IMG/VR virus record: IMGVR_UViG_3300010037_000001
Location: 1 to 41,044 of that record
DNA length: 41,044 nucleotides
Strand: one strand, 5' to 3'
DNA from: a virus
Below the pieces are notes generated by a model, which was not told where the DNA came from, did not search any database, and saw only the letters and a list, made by a program, of their open reading frames with translations. The position numbers and the translations under genes were made by a program. Every line of letters starts with the position of its first letter. Position 1 is the first letter of the stretch. This document shows positions 1 through 9,008 of this stretch, in pieces.

Positions 1-63
1 AAAAATTGCGAGTAGCAGAAACTAGCCCGGAAACTTCATCTAGTTTTACTCTCCTTAAATCAG
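1..63. repeat. Terminal direct repeat, left copy (identical to 40982-41044)
   Basis: Bases 1-63 (AAAAATTGCGAGTAGCAG...CTCCTTAAATCAG) recur exactly at 40982-41044. This implies a circular or terminally redundant 40,981-bp unit. Confidence 0.95.
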
Positions 64-181
64 CGACCAAATCACAGGCTAATTCATAATCTCCCTCTTC
101 TTTCTCAGCAAATGGTGGTATCTCTTCTTTTCTTCGATCTACTTCCTCAATAAAATGGTTTAAATCTTCAAGTCTGGGCAT
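1..181 (-). CDS. Hypothetical acidic protein, N-terminal part of a junction-spanning ORF (73 aa once circularised)
   Basis: ATG at 181-179 (minus strand). Translation MPRLEDLNHFIEEVDRRKEEIPPFAEKEEGDYELACDLVADLRRVKLDEVSGLVSATRNF runs off position 1 with no stop and continues in frame at 40981. Confidence 0.5.
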   Translation of the reverse strand, partial: MPRLEDLNHFIEEVDRRKEEIPPFAEKEEGDYELACDLVADLRRVKLDEVSGLVSATRNF

Positions 182-196
182 AAAAAAATAAATTAT

Positions 197-224
197 ATTA
201 TAAATTTACTCCTATGAATATCAA
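197..224 (-). promoter_or_regulatory. Sigma-70-like promoter for the lysis cassette
   Basis: Minus strand reads TTGATA (224-219), 16-nt spacer, TATAAT (202-197). The ATG at 181 lies 16 nt downstream of the -10. Confidence 0.45.
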
Positions 225-498
225 TGACCCTATCACTATTCCTGGAAGAGACAAACAACCCTCTGAAAAAAAATGTTCCTGTGGTAGTTATACCATCAAA
301 CGTATCAACACTTATTACCAAAAATTATATGGTGTAAAAAGAACTATGGCAAGGTTCATATGTTTAAAATGCGGTTCTATTTACAGTATCGCTCTTCATC
401 CCGTTTCCAAAGGAGATTTAAAGATAATGAATGAGCAAAACAAGATTCCAATTAAAATGAAACCTGTTTATAAAGAGGAGCCTAAACCTACCTCTTGA
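214..498 (+). CDS. Hypothetical zinc-ribbon-like protein
   Basis: 94-aa ORF with two Cys pairs (CSCG and CLKCG). It lies on the opposite strand to both flanking operons. Confidence 0.6.
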   Translation: MNINDPITIPGRDKQPSEKKCSCGSYTIKRINTYYQKLYGVKRTMARFICLKCGSIYSIALHPVSKGDLKIMNEQNKIPIKMKPVYKEEPKPTS

Positions 499-571
499 CA
501 AGAGTGGTGAGAAATGCTATGATGTTGAGATCAATTAGTTTGGTCACTTTTATTTCTTAACTTTTTTCTCT

Positions 572-1084
572 ATGAAAAAGTTACTTGCAACCTCACTTGT
601 AGTAGCAGCTTTATCTCTAGCTGGATGCTCTGATATACCAAAAGATACCCAGCAAATGGGAACGTCTCAAATCCCTCTAGAGCAACAGTGTTCGACTCTT
701 GTTGATAAAGTTAGGGACGAATGTCAAAAACAGAATGATACTACTGATTTTGATTTAAAGCTTAAATGTGGACAGTACACTCAAAATGCTAAAGATAGAA
801 TTGATAAAATCAATATTGAAGAACACAAAAAAGGAGAAGATAGGGTTTATTCATATGTTCTTACTGCAAGTGGTTATAGTAAAAAACTTAAAACCTGTAT
901 TTCTGTGATAAGTTACACTAGTTATTATGCTGCAGATAATATTTCAACAACTGTTATTTTCACCGATGAATTAAAAGGTGAACAAATTGATTTTTTTGAC
1001 ACAGCTCATACAAATGATGCAAAAATCAGAGAGGAGCACAATAAAAAAAGAGAAGCGGCAATAAAAGAATTCGAACTCCTCTAG
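572..1084 (+). CDS. Lipoprotein (moron-like; possible superinfection exclusion or surface modification)
   Basis: N-terminus MKKLLATSLVVAALSLAGCSD is a signal peptide with lipobox L-A-G-C. Ser follows the lipidated Cys. Confidence 0.8.
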   Translation: MKKLLATSLVVAALSLAGCSDIPKDTQQMGTSQIPLEQQCSTLVDKVRDECQKQNDTTDFDLKLKCGQYTQNAKDRIDKINIEEHKKGEDRVYSYVLTASGYSKKLKTCISVISYTSYYAADNISTTVIFTDELKGEQIDFFDTAHTNDAKIREEHNKKREAAIKEFELL

Positions 1085-1086
1085 GC

Positions 1087-3405
1087 TTATCTCCCAAAAA
1101 GTAAAGACTTAAGCCCAAGATTTACTAAATTAGCAACTGAGTCAGCTGTTTTTCCTCCCTGTTTTACTGCCTTGGAAATCCAGCCCGGACCGGTTGCTTT
1201 TTTAGTTGCTTGAGGAAGTATTTTTACGAGGTTCGTCATAAGTTCATTCTTTTTTACTGGGGCTTTTTGAGATTGAACAAAATCTTTCAAAACTTCAGCA
1301 CCTTCAATAAGTTTTCCAAGGATAGGAGTTTTTTTAGCAAGCATTCCTGGAATACTCGAAATCTGTCCGGATAAAGACTGGGGATTCACCGCTCCTGTTG
1401 ATTTCTCTGCGATATCGGCAAGGTTAGCACTAGTAAGAAGATCGTCAGCTCCTGGTACACCAAAATTGGTTTTTAATTCCTCAATACTACCTACAGCTTT
1501 CTGATATTTTTTAGGATTATTCCCTAAAAGTCTTCGGAGTAGATTTCCTCCACTGTATTCAATTTGCCCATTTCCCACTGGAACTTTGCTAGCATTTTCA
1601 ACCCTTTGGATAGATTTTATTAACTTAGAAAAATCAACATTCGCTTTCTTGAATTCATCACTTGCTCCATAAACAGCTTCATTGATTGAACCTTTAGTCT
1701 TTTTTAAAGCCTGGTTGCCGGCTGTATTCTTGAATCCACTTGGACCAAGAAGCCCAGTCACTTCATCAATTTGTTTTGTTAAAGCTTCAAGATCTCTAGC
1801 GTTCACATCTTTTTTCTTCGAAAATTCAAAGATTTGAGTAAGTTTATCTTTCGCTGCTCCATTGTCAGCAATATCACTAAAATTAAAATCCAAAACTCCC
1901 TTATCTTTAATTTTTACATTAAGTTTTTTCAAAAGATCCTGAGTATCATTTTTTACTTGTTGAGGATTTACGGTTAATTTACCAAGATTTTCCTTAGCTT
2001 CCCCGACCTTTTGACCATATTTTGATTGTAAATCTTTAGCTTTTTTGATGAAATCTTCAACTTCGGATCCAGCTACATCAAAAACATTTGGAGCATTACG
2101 GTCTGAAAGACGCTTCTGAGCTGCTTCAAGTAAGTTTAAAGCTTTTTCCTGAGCTTCAGGTTTAAGTTTTGAAATATAATTAATATCAGCTTGTTCAATA
2201 CCGTATTTTTCAGCATTTTTTAAAACAGTATTTAATTCTTTTACTTCAGGTTCTGGTAAATTAGTCAAATTCACATCATCACCAGTTTTTTGAAGTTCAG
2301 TAGTAAGTTTCTGAACAGCTTCAGGAGTTTTACCTTTAAATAATTTTTTGAATAATTTACCCCCTCCGGCAAACAGGGTATCAACACCAAGCCCTAAAGC
2401 TCCTTCCTGTGCATTTGGAGCCCTACCTTCCATCACGGCAGTAGCAGCAGTGCTTCCTTTTGCAGAATTAGCAAGCAAATTACCTCCTTTTTGAAGTAAA
2501 TTAGAACCTTCAGCGGCTTTTTGGGCTCCTCCAAAAAGTTTAAGAAGCTTTCCTGCTCCAAACATATCCGTTCCAAATTCACCAATTTTTGCACCAATAC
2601 TATCAGGATCAAGACCGATATCTTTAGATTTTCCTTTAACAAATTCTTTTCCTTGGGATCCAAGGTTTTTTGCTCCAGTACCTACAGCATCAAGACCCCC
2701 CTGGATGTTTAAAGGATCCATCATCTGACGAGCTTTCTTTTGCTCCTCTTCACTACCTCCAATCATAATACCACCCCCAGGAGCGAGAAATTTCCCTACA
2801 TCAGTAGCAAATTTTGCAGTATTTCCAATTGCTTCTGGAACTTCTTGGACAGCCCCCCCGATCACCTCTAAAGCAAAAGGATTTCGATATTGTTTTTTAT
2901 TGTCAGCATAAGCCTTTAATCTCATTTGAGGAGTAGTTGGAATAGCTTTATTAATCGCTTTTGCTGCATCAGGAGCAAATTTTGCAGCTCCAGTCACAGC
3001 ATTTTGAATGTTTTTTCCAAAGTTTGCTGGATTAAAAAGTCCCGTCAAACCTTTAGCAAGATTACCTCCTACTACAGAATTAGCTTTAGAAGGCTTTTGA
3101 ATTGGTTTACCTTCCTCTGCAGCGTCAGGCGCGGGGATATCTTCTTCTCCATAGCTTTCACCCCCACCACCAATAACCTCTTCTGAATCAGAAGTTTCAC
3201 CTCCAACCATTTCAGATTGAGGTTTTGGTTGAGGTAATCCACTGGAAGCAGGAGATCCATACTTCCCAGTATATTTTTTTGCAAGAGCTTTTTCCAAAGT
3301 TTGCTCATTTACTGAACCAGACTTAAGGTCAGCAAGAACTTTAGATCTACTTTCCTTACTGACAGAAGTGTCATTCAGGTAACTTTGTATAATTTGGCTT
3401 GGCAT
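1087..3405 (-). CDS. Large virion protein (candidate internal/ejected protein)
   Basis: 772-aa ORF, last gene of the structural operon. It is Gly/Lys/Ala-rich and I recognised no catalytic motif. The function is inferred from size and position only. Confidence 0.8.
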   Translation of the reverse strand: MPSQIIQSYLNDTSVSKESRSKVLADLKSGSVNEQTLEKALAKKYTGKYGSPASSGLPQPKPQSEMVGGETSDSEEVIGGGGESYGEEDIPAPDAAEEGKPIQKPSKANSVVGGNLAKGLTGLFNPANFGKNIQNAVTGAAKFAPDAAKAINKAIPTTPQMRLKAYADNKKQYRNPFALEVIGGAVQEVPEAIGNTAKFATDVGKFLAPGGGIMIGGSEEEQKKARQMMDPLNIQGGLDAVGTGAKNLGSQGKEFVKGKSKDIGLDPDSIGAKIGEFGTDMFGAGKLLKLFGGAQKAAEGSNLLQKGGNLLANSAKGSTAATAVMEGRAPNAQEGALGLGVDTLFAGGGKLFKKLFKGKTPEAVQKLTTELQKTGDDVNLTNLPEPEVKELNTVLKNAEKYGIEQADINYISKLKPEAQEKALNLLEAAQKRLSDRNAPNVFDVAGSEVEDFIKKAKDLQSKYGQKVGEAKENLGKLTVNPQQVKNDTQDLLKKLNVKIKDKGVLDFNFSDIADNGAAKDKLTQIFEFSKKKDVNARDLEALTKQIDEVTGLLGPSGFKNTAGNQALKKTKGSINEAVYGASDEFKKANVDFSKLIKSIQRVENASKVPVGNGQIEYSGGNLLRRLLGNNPKKYQKAVGSIEELKTNFGVPGADDLLTSANLADIAEKSTGAVNPQSLSGQISSIPGMLAKKTPILGKLIEGAEVLKDFVQSQKAPVKKNELMTNLVKILPQATKKATGPGWISKAVKQGGKTADSVANLVNLGLKSLLFGR

Positions 3406-3408
3406 AAA

Positions 3409-6400
3409 TTAATCGGGTAAAACATAATCATAAGAATCCTCCTCTTCCATGTCTGGCATGGAGTATCCAAAATCTTCTCCTCCTTGCATCCCAGAGAAAT
3501 CCATTCCTTGGAATAATCCTCCTAGTAATCCTGAAAAAGGACTGCTTGAAGCTTCCCCATCTAAATTGAAAATAACATTATTTTTACTTAAACCATACTG
3601 ATCCGCTAAATTTTGTGTTTCTTTTTTAAAGGAATCATATTTCTTCTTTTGCTCATCATACATATCTTTTGCCTGTTTCAAAAAGTCCTCTCTTTGCTCT
3701 TCAGACAACTTTGTTCCTTTATAAGCCGCATTGTAAGCATTCACTATTTGTGTTGGCAAACCTGCAGCTTGCTGCGCTTGAGCATATTCTCCTTCTCTAA
3801 CCGTAGATCCTGGATCTAAAACTTTCATGAAGGCAAAAATCATAGCCATATCCCCTGCTGCAGAATCACTCTGAGCAGCATTTTTAATTTTAGTATAAGC
3901 TGTTTGAGTATCTTGATATTCTTTAGTATTTTTAAGAAATTCTGCTCTCAAGTCTTTTTCCATGCTAAACTTATCTTTTAAGTCAAGAGAAGTTGTCCCA
4001 TTATTAGTTAAATCCTTAAGTTTTTTCTTATACTCAACCATATTAAGAATTTTATCCTGGTCAGCTTTAGAAAGATTTGCAAATTCTTCAGGAGTAACAT
4101 TTGCGTTAAGTTTTTCTTCTGCAGCTTTAGTTTTTCCGGAAATAGCTTGAGCGACTGCCTCTTCTCCAAACATCGACTTCAATTCTTCCCGATCAGTGTC
4201 TTTGAGATCCCAATATAAACTTGGATTAGCACTAAGTTTTGCTAAAACTTGATCCTGATAATTGCCACTCGGAGCTTGCCCAGGTTGAGATTGCTCACTT
4301 CCTCCAAGAGATCTCCGGGAAATATTTCGAGCCAAAGCATCTACTCCAGCTTCCCATGATCCCCAATCTTTATTTGTCCCAGAGTCTACATTCCCAACAT
4401 TCCCTGGATTATGCGTTCGGGCAGCTCTTCCGGCAGTAGCAAAGTTAGCTTCGTGACGGGCGATAGCAAGAACAAGCTCAGGAGGTACACCAAATTTCTG
4501 AGCTGAAGCCATAATCATATCGCCAGTAATCGGACTGTTTGGAGCTTTGGATTTGATATAAGCAGTAATATCTTGAGGACCACTGAATTGAGGCATTTCT
4601 GAGATAGATTTTTTCACTCCATCTTGCCACTTTGGATCTGTTGCATAAGTTGTGAAATCAAACCCCATAATATTTCTATTTGGATCTGGTTTTTTGCTTA
4701 CCAATTCACCTTTAGCTCCTCCTCCATTAATTGAGCCCCCATCAGTACCACCAATATTTGGAGTAAGCATAGGCTGAGCACCAGCAACATTGCCTTTTAA
4801 AGGTAAACGAGCAAATCCATAGATTTTATTCCAGTTAGCGTCTCCTTTAGCGATTTTCCAGCCATGGCGGACCACGCCAGCACCGATATAATTCGCATCA
4901 GTTAGAACAAGATTTCCTTGCTCATCCATGCCTTCAACAATAGCCTTGTGAGGAATTGTAGGATCTCCTGTATCCATAAATACAACATCTCCCACTTGAG
5001 CAGAAAAAGTATCACGCTTCCCTCCAAATTGTCTAATTAAGCTATCAGCATTTGTAAAATCATTACCAAGTTCTCTAGTAGCAAGAAACTGATCATTAAT
5101 ATATTCACCACACTGTAGATTACCGTATTTTTTACTTGGATAATATTGGCCATGTTTTAAAGTTGTTGCAATAACAGAGTTACTTCCAAGTTTGAAATTT
5201 AAATTAGATTTATCTACTTCACTGTAATTTCCACTAAGTAAAGCAGCTAAAGAGTTTTGAGTCTTTTGAACTTCAAAGTCGGTATACGGCATTGTTTGCC
5301 CATCTAAGCCTCGAACAGCATTTCCGCGGCCATCAACAAGATAACCGAATTGCTTTGAAAGTTTATCATCGAATTCTCCTGCAAAAGGTTTAGGAGCTTC
5401 GCCATCTTTTACCCCGATAGGTTGACCAAATTTATTTGCAAAAAATCCAAGTTTCGCCGAAACATCTACATCCACAGCTTCACGAGTAAGTTTTTCTTCT
5501 TCAAGTTTTTTCTTTTCTTCGTAAACAGTATTCACTGCATCAGAAACTTTTTTAGCTGCTTCCATTTCAACCTCATTAAGTTTATCGTAGTAACTACGAA
5601 CTGCATCTCTGGCAGCTTGTTTCTTTTCCTGAGCAGATAAAAGAACTTTTTCGTCGATACCAGTTAATTCTTCATCAAGGGTTTGATAAACAGCTAAGCT
5701 ATCAGCTTTTTTATCAGTAGAAATCTTTTTAAGCTCAGTAGAGTAATTTCTTTCGATATCCATTGCTCTAAACGAAAATTCAGACCGACCAATAGCAGTC
5801 TGAGCTCTCAAGTCATCAAGTAAAGCATCGCCTTTTCTTTTTTCGCTAGTAATGAGGGTAAGCCCTCCTGATCCGAAATCAGCTCCAAGTTGAGCTGCTA
5901 CTGCTCGACGAGTTGCAATCTCAGCCTCTTCATTTGCAGCCTCTCTTTTTCGTTCAGCTTTAGTAGCATCAAGCTCAAACTGTTTTTGAGCCTGCTCATT
6001 CATGAACTTTTCTTTCTGATAACTTTGATCAGTAATTTTAGTTTGAACTTCAGCAGTATCATTAATAACATCAAGCTGTTTCCCAGCGAGTTCCTCTTTT
6101 TTAGCCTTCACATCATCATACATTGCTTTGACGTCTTTTTGTTCGCTTTCAAGGTCTTCTTTTACAAAGTTAGTATATTCCCCCTCTCGTTCAGCAATGT
6201 TGCCTAAAGCGTCAATTTCAGGGCTTAGAATTGCTTTCATTTTACTGATCTGATCCTGAGAAATTCCTGAATCTAAAAGTGCCTGTTCATCGAACCCTCC
6301 AATTTGACTTTTTACACTGGGAGGTGTTGTTGGGCTTGGTGTTGCAGAAGTTACCCCAGGCTGGCTTACTCCAGTGCCTACTGAGGTTTTAGGCTGAACA

Positions 6401-6687
6401 GGGGTTGCTGAAGAAGTGGGCGTGGGTTTTTTAACTCCTGAAGAAGGTGACTGCATTGGATAATTTTGCCCTGATGGAAGAGTAACCGTCTTCCCAGTCA
6501 AATTAGTTCCTGGCTTTACGGTATTCCAAGGTATAGGGCCAGAAGTTTTTGGAGCAGGCTGACTATAGGCTGGTTTTGACATAGCAGGTTTTGCTCGTCG
6601 AGCCATAAGTTTTGCTTTCTGCTGCTCCTCTCTTCTCCTTTTTGCCGCCAGCACTCCAGCCGTTGGGGTTTGTACAAGTTCCGGCAT
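3409..6687 (-). CDS. Virion-associated peptidoglycan hydrolase / internal virion protein (CHAP-like plus lysozyme-like segments)
   Basis: 1092 aa. It has a Pro/Ser/Thr-rich N-terminus and a long Glu/Lys-rich helical stretch. A CHAP/NlpC-P60-like segment reads GNLQCGEYIN...GDVVFMD...IPHKAIVEG (Cys codon 5110-5112). A lysozyme/transglycosylase-like segment reads PELVLAIARHEANFATAG (Glu codon 4450-4452). Confidence 0.8.
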   Translation of the reverse strand: MPELVQTPTAGVLAAKRRREEQQKAKLMARRAKPAMSKPAYSQPAPKTSGPIPWNTVKPGTNLTGKTVTLPSGQNYPMQSPSSGVKKPTPTSSATPVQPKTSVGTGVSQPGVTSATPSPTTPPSVKSQIGGFDEQALLDSGISQDQISKMKAILSPEIDALGNIAEREGEYTNFVKEDLESEQKDVKAMYDDVKAKKEELAGKQLDVINDTAEVQTKITDQSYQKEKFMNEQAQKQFELDATKAERKREAANEEAEIATRRAVAAQLGADFGSGGLTLITSEKRKGDALLDDLRAQTAIGRSEFSFRAMDIERNYSTELKKISTDKKADSLAVYQTLDEELTGIDEKVLLSAQEKKQAARDAVRSYYDKLNEVEMEAAKKVSDAVNTVYEEKKKLEEEKLTREAVDVDVSAKLGFFANKFGQPIGVKDGEAPKPFAGEFDDKLSKQFGYLVDGRGNAVRGLDGQTMPYTDFEVQKTQNSLAALLSGNYSEVDKSNLNFKLGSNSVIATTLKHGQYYPSKKYGNLQCGEYINDQFLATRELGNDFTNADSLIRQFGGKRDTFSAQVGDVVFMDTGDPTIPHKAIVEGMDEQGNLVLTDANYIGAGVVRHGWKIAKGDANWNKIYGFARLPLKGNVAGAQPMLTPNIGGTDGGSINGGGAKGELVSKKPDPNRNIMGFDFTTYATDPKWQDGVKKSISEMPQFSGPQDITAYIKSKAPNSPITGDMIMASAQKFGVPPELVLAIARHEANFATAGRAARTHNPGNVGNVDSGTNKDWGSWEAGVDALARNISRRSLGGSEQSQPGQAPSGNYQDQVLAKLSANPSLYWDLKDTDREELKSMFGEEAVAQAISGKTKAAEEKLNANVTPEEFANLSKADQDKILNMVEYKKKLKDLTNNGTTSLDLKDKFSMEKDLRAEFLKNTKEYQDTQTAYTKIKNAAQSDSAAGDMAMIFAFMKVLDPGSTVREGEYAQAQQAAGLPTQIVNAYNAAYKGTKLSEEQREDFLKQAKDMYDEQKKKYDSFKKETQNLADQYGLSKNNVIFNLDGEASSSPFSGLLGGLFQGMDFSGMQGGEDFGYSMPDMEEEDSYDYVLPD

Positions 6688-6694
6688 TTAAAAT

Positions 6695-7000
6695 TTATAA
6701 AAGTTTAAGTAAAGCTTCTCTAATATCTTCCTGACTAAGTTCACCTTTAGATATTTTTTCTTTTAAAATCGCCCGTTCCTCTGCATTTCTATTCACAATA
6801 TTTTGAGGCTGTTCTTCTGGGGGAATATCAACAAGGATTAATTCGCCATTGACAATAGTAAATTTTTTAAGATGAGCTCTCACAGCATCATAATCCTCTT
6901 GACTGACTTCAAAAACATATTTGGTAGTTCCTGCTTCTTTAATTGGCCTATTTGACCAAGTAAGTTCACCATCTGGGTATTGACAAAAGTATATTTTCAT
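6695..7000 (-). CDS. Hypothetical protein
   Basis: 101-aa ORF tightly packed between the fibre gene and the hydrolase gene. Confidence 0.7.
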   Translation of the reverse strand: MKIYFCQYPDGELTWSNRPIKEAGTTKYVFEVSQEDYDAVRAHLKKFTIVNGELILVDIPPEEQPQNIVNRNAEERAILKEKISKGELSQEDIREALLKLL

Positions 7001-7005
7001 AGTTT

Positions 7006-8991
7006 TTAGCCTAAGATATAAAGTTTACATTCAAAATTTTGACTTCCAGGAGCACCATTTATTGTAATTGCTCTGCGAATAGTAATAAAATCAGGTCCAC
7101 TATCTTGAATATCAATATTGATTGAATATCCAGTATTTCCTAAAGCATTCTGAGTGTCAGAATTATAACTTAAAAGATGAAATCCAAAATTAGCTCCAGT
7201 ATAATTACTACCTCCGTTTTCATCTAAAAAGTTTCGGTTATAAAGTGTAACACCTGGATCCCCAACCAAAGAAAAACCCAGTCCGCCTTGATTACCTCCT
7301 AAAAATGAAAGCCCTGCCAATACCAATCGAGGTCTAAAACCAAGCTCAATATCTGCATCCACAGTTGCTGTTGCTGTAGCAGTAAAATTCAAATCAACAT
7401 AAGTACTCGGAATTTGAGGATTTAAAGCCATCTGAGTTGTGGTGATTGCAATTCCTACCTCCTGATGATTTGTCCCTGGAATAAGTCCAAGAGTGCCTGC
7501 AGTATCTTGAAGAAAAACTTTCTCTCCTGAGACTGATTTAAAGTAAACCTCAAAAACATAATCATTCGTTGGTTCAGAAGACCAAGATCCACCACCATTA
7601 CTTGAAGTTACACCATTTCCATTTGCATAGACCGAAACATTATTATAATTCCAAGAATAATTATTAACCGCATCGTTAGTTGAATGATTCAAAACAATTG
7701 CATAGGTAGTACCTGGAACTACAGTTACAGCACTCGCAAATTCAAAATCATTAAATCCTGTCGCTAAAGCTGAAGCTGCTACTGTCGAAGTTCCGAGAGC
7801 CGCGCCAGTAGGCAAGTTGGATCCATCTACAGCAAAGATTTTCACGAGATAGTTCCCTGCCGGAGAATTGTTTTTTGTAAGTTGTAAAGAAATTTTTGCT
7901 ACATTCGTTTGCCCTGGCTGAGGAATATAAGTTTGACCTTTCCAAGCATTACCTGTCACCGCAGCAGCACTATTGGAGGTAGGATTTGTTTCTCCTGGCC
8001 AATACCTCCCTTGATTCACATTTAACGCAGAAATTGTTACTATTGGTCCCATCACTGCTACATTTTTGGAATCACCATTCACTCCGTTTTGTTTGCCTAT
8101 ACCGATAAAAGTGGATGTTAAATCTATATCTGTAGCATTAGATTTAAAAACTCTTCCATTTCCTTTAAGACTCACTGGTACTGGAGCTGTAATAGATTCT
8201 CCATAAGTCATTGCTTGCCCAATATCTGTAGCCGTAATATTTGTTAAAGTCGTAGTATCAACCGTAATTGCACCGCCAGAAATTATAATTCCTGATCCCA
8301 ATTGAAGAGACAACTGTCCACCTACAATCTGAAGACCTGAATTGGCTGCTATATCTAAATCAATATCAATCTGCTCGTTTGCTCCTGGATTAACAATTGT
8401 GAGAGCTATCCCGTCTCCTCCAGTTAGCTTTGCAGTCAAATAGCCCGAAGTAGTATCGGTCACTGATATTTTAACCTTTTCATCTACCCCTGCTGCTGCT
8501 GCCAAGGTCGATAGAGAAACCTGAGACTGTACAGAACTTCTGAATTGAATATCAGTACCATCATCAAAAATCCAAGAATTGGCGTCATTCAAAAACAGTT
8601 TATTTGTTCCTCCAATAGTTTGAGGAGCGCTAAAAGTGTTTGCCCGGTCTTTATTCGCTTTTAAATTATAAAGCGCATGATAATTCGTAAGCTCTACTAC
8701 ACAAGAACCTCCAGAATGTTGAAAACCTGTTCCTGTACCAGAGAAATCATTTAAAATCCTTGTAAGGTTTCTGACAGGATCTTGAAGAGTTGTAATGCCT
8801 CCAGCAACTATACCACCTCCAAAAGAAATATACTCTTCCTGAGGAGTTCCTGGGTCAAAAAGCAATACTCCTGAAGTTATTGTGAGCGAATAATTGATTT
8901 GGATTCCGATTACCGTGGTTGGTGATATCGTGTTTTTCAGCGTTGTTCGCACGCCACTTTCGACATCATAGCTTGTTGATAATACCGCCAT
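7006..8991 (-). CDS. Tail fibre / receptor-binding protein candidate
   Basis: 661 aa, rich in Gly/Thr/Ser/Asn/Val with few charged residues, so it looks beta-rich. It sits in the tail module. Confidence 0.65.
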   Translation of the reverse strand: MAVLSTSYDVESGVRTTLKNTISPTTVIGIQINYSLTITSGVLLFDPGTPQEEYISFGGGIVAGGITTLQDPVRNLTRILNDFSGTGTGFQHSGGSCVVELTNYHALYNLKANKDRANTFSAPQTIGGTNKLFLNDANSWIFDDGTDIQFRSSVQSQVSLSTLAAAAGVDEKVKISVTDTTSGYLTAKLTGGDGIALTIVNPGANEQIDIDLDIAANSGLQIVGGQLSLQLGSGIIISGGAITVDTTTLTNITATDIGQAMTYGESITAPVPVSLKGNGRVFKSNATDIDLTSTFIGIGKQNGVNGDSKNVAVMGPIVTISALNVNQGRYWPGETNPTSNSAAAVTGNAWKGQTYIPQPGQTNVAKISLQLTKNNSPAGNYLVKIFAVDGSNLPTGAALGTSTVAASALATGFNDFEFASAVTVVPGTTYAIVLNHSTNDAVNNYSWNYNNVSVYANGNGVTSSNGGGSWSSEPTNDYVFEVYFKSVSGEKVFLQDTAGTLGLIPGTNHQEVGIAITTTQMALNPQIPSTYVDLNFTATATATVDADIELGFRPRLVLAGLSFLGGNQGGLGFSLVGDPGVTLYNRNFLDENGGSNYTGANFGFHLLSYNSDTQNALGNTGYSINIDIQDSGPDFITIRRAITINGAPGSQNFECKLYILG

Positions 8992-9008
8992 AGAAAGATT
9001 TTAAATAA

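Noticed and set aside
2853-2859. A C7/G7 homopolymer inside the 772-aa gene, as a phase-variation tract.
   Set aside because: It is a single short tract that encodes Gly-Gly in frame. There is no second tract or evidence of slippage.
2433-6207. Short track ORFs inside the two giant virion genes (for example 2433-2663, 2521-2712, 2926-3186, 3072-3308, 3613-3819, 3962-4150, 4239-4439, 5422-5640 and 5890-6207).
   Set aside because: They are fully nested in or antisense to long, well-supported ORFs. Their low-complexity Leu/Phe/Ser/Ile translations are typical of shadow frames in AT-rich DNA.
7006-8991. A diversity-generating retroelement targeting the fibre gene.
   Set aside because: No reverse transcriptase gene and no template/variable repeat pair is visible anywhere in the genome.
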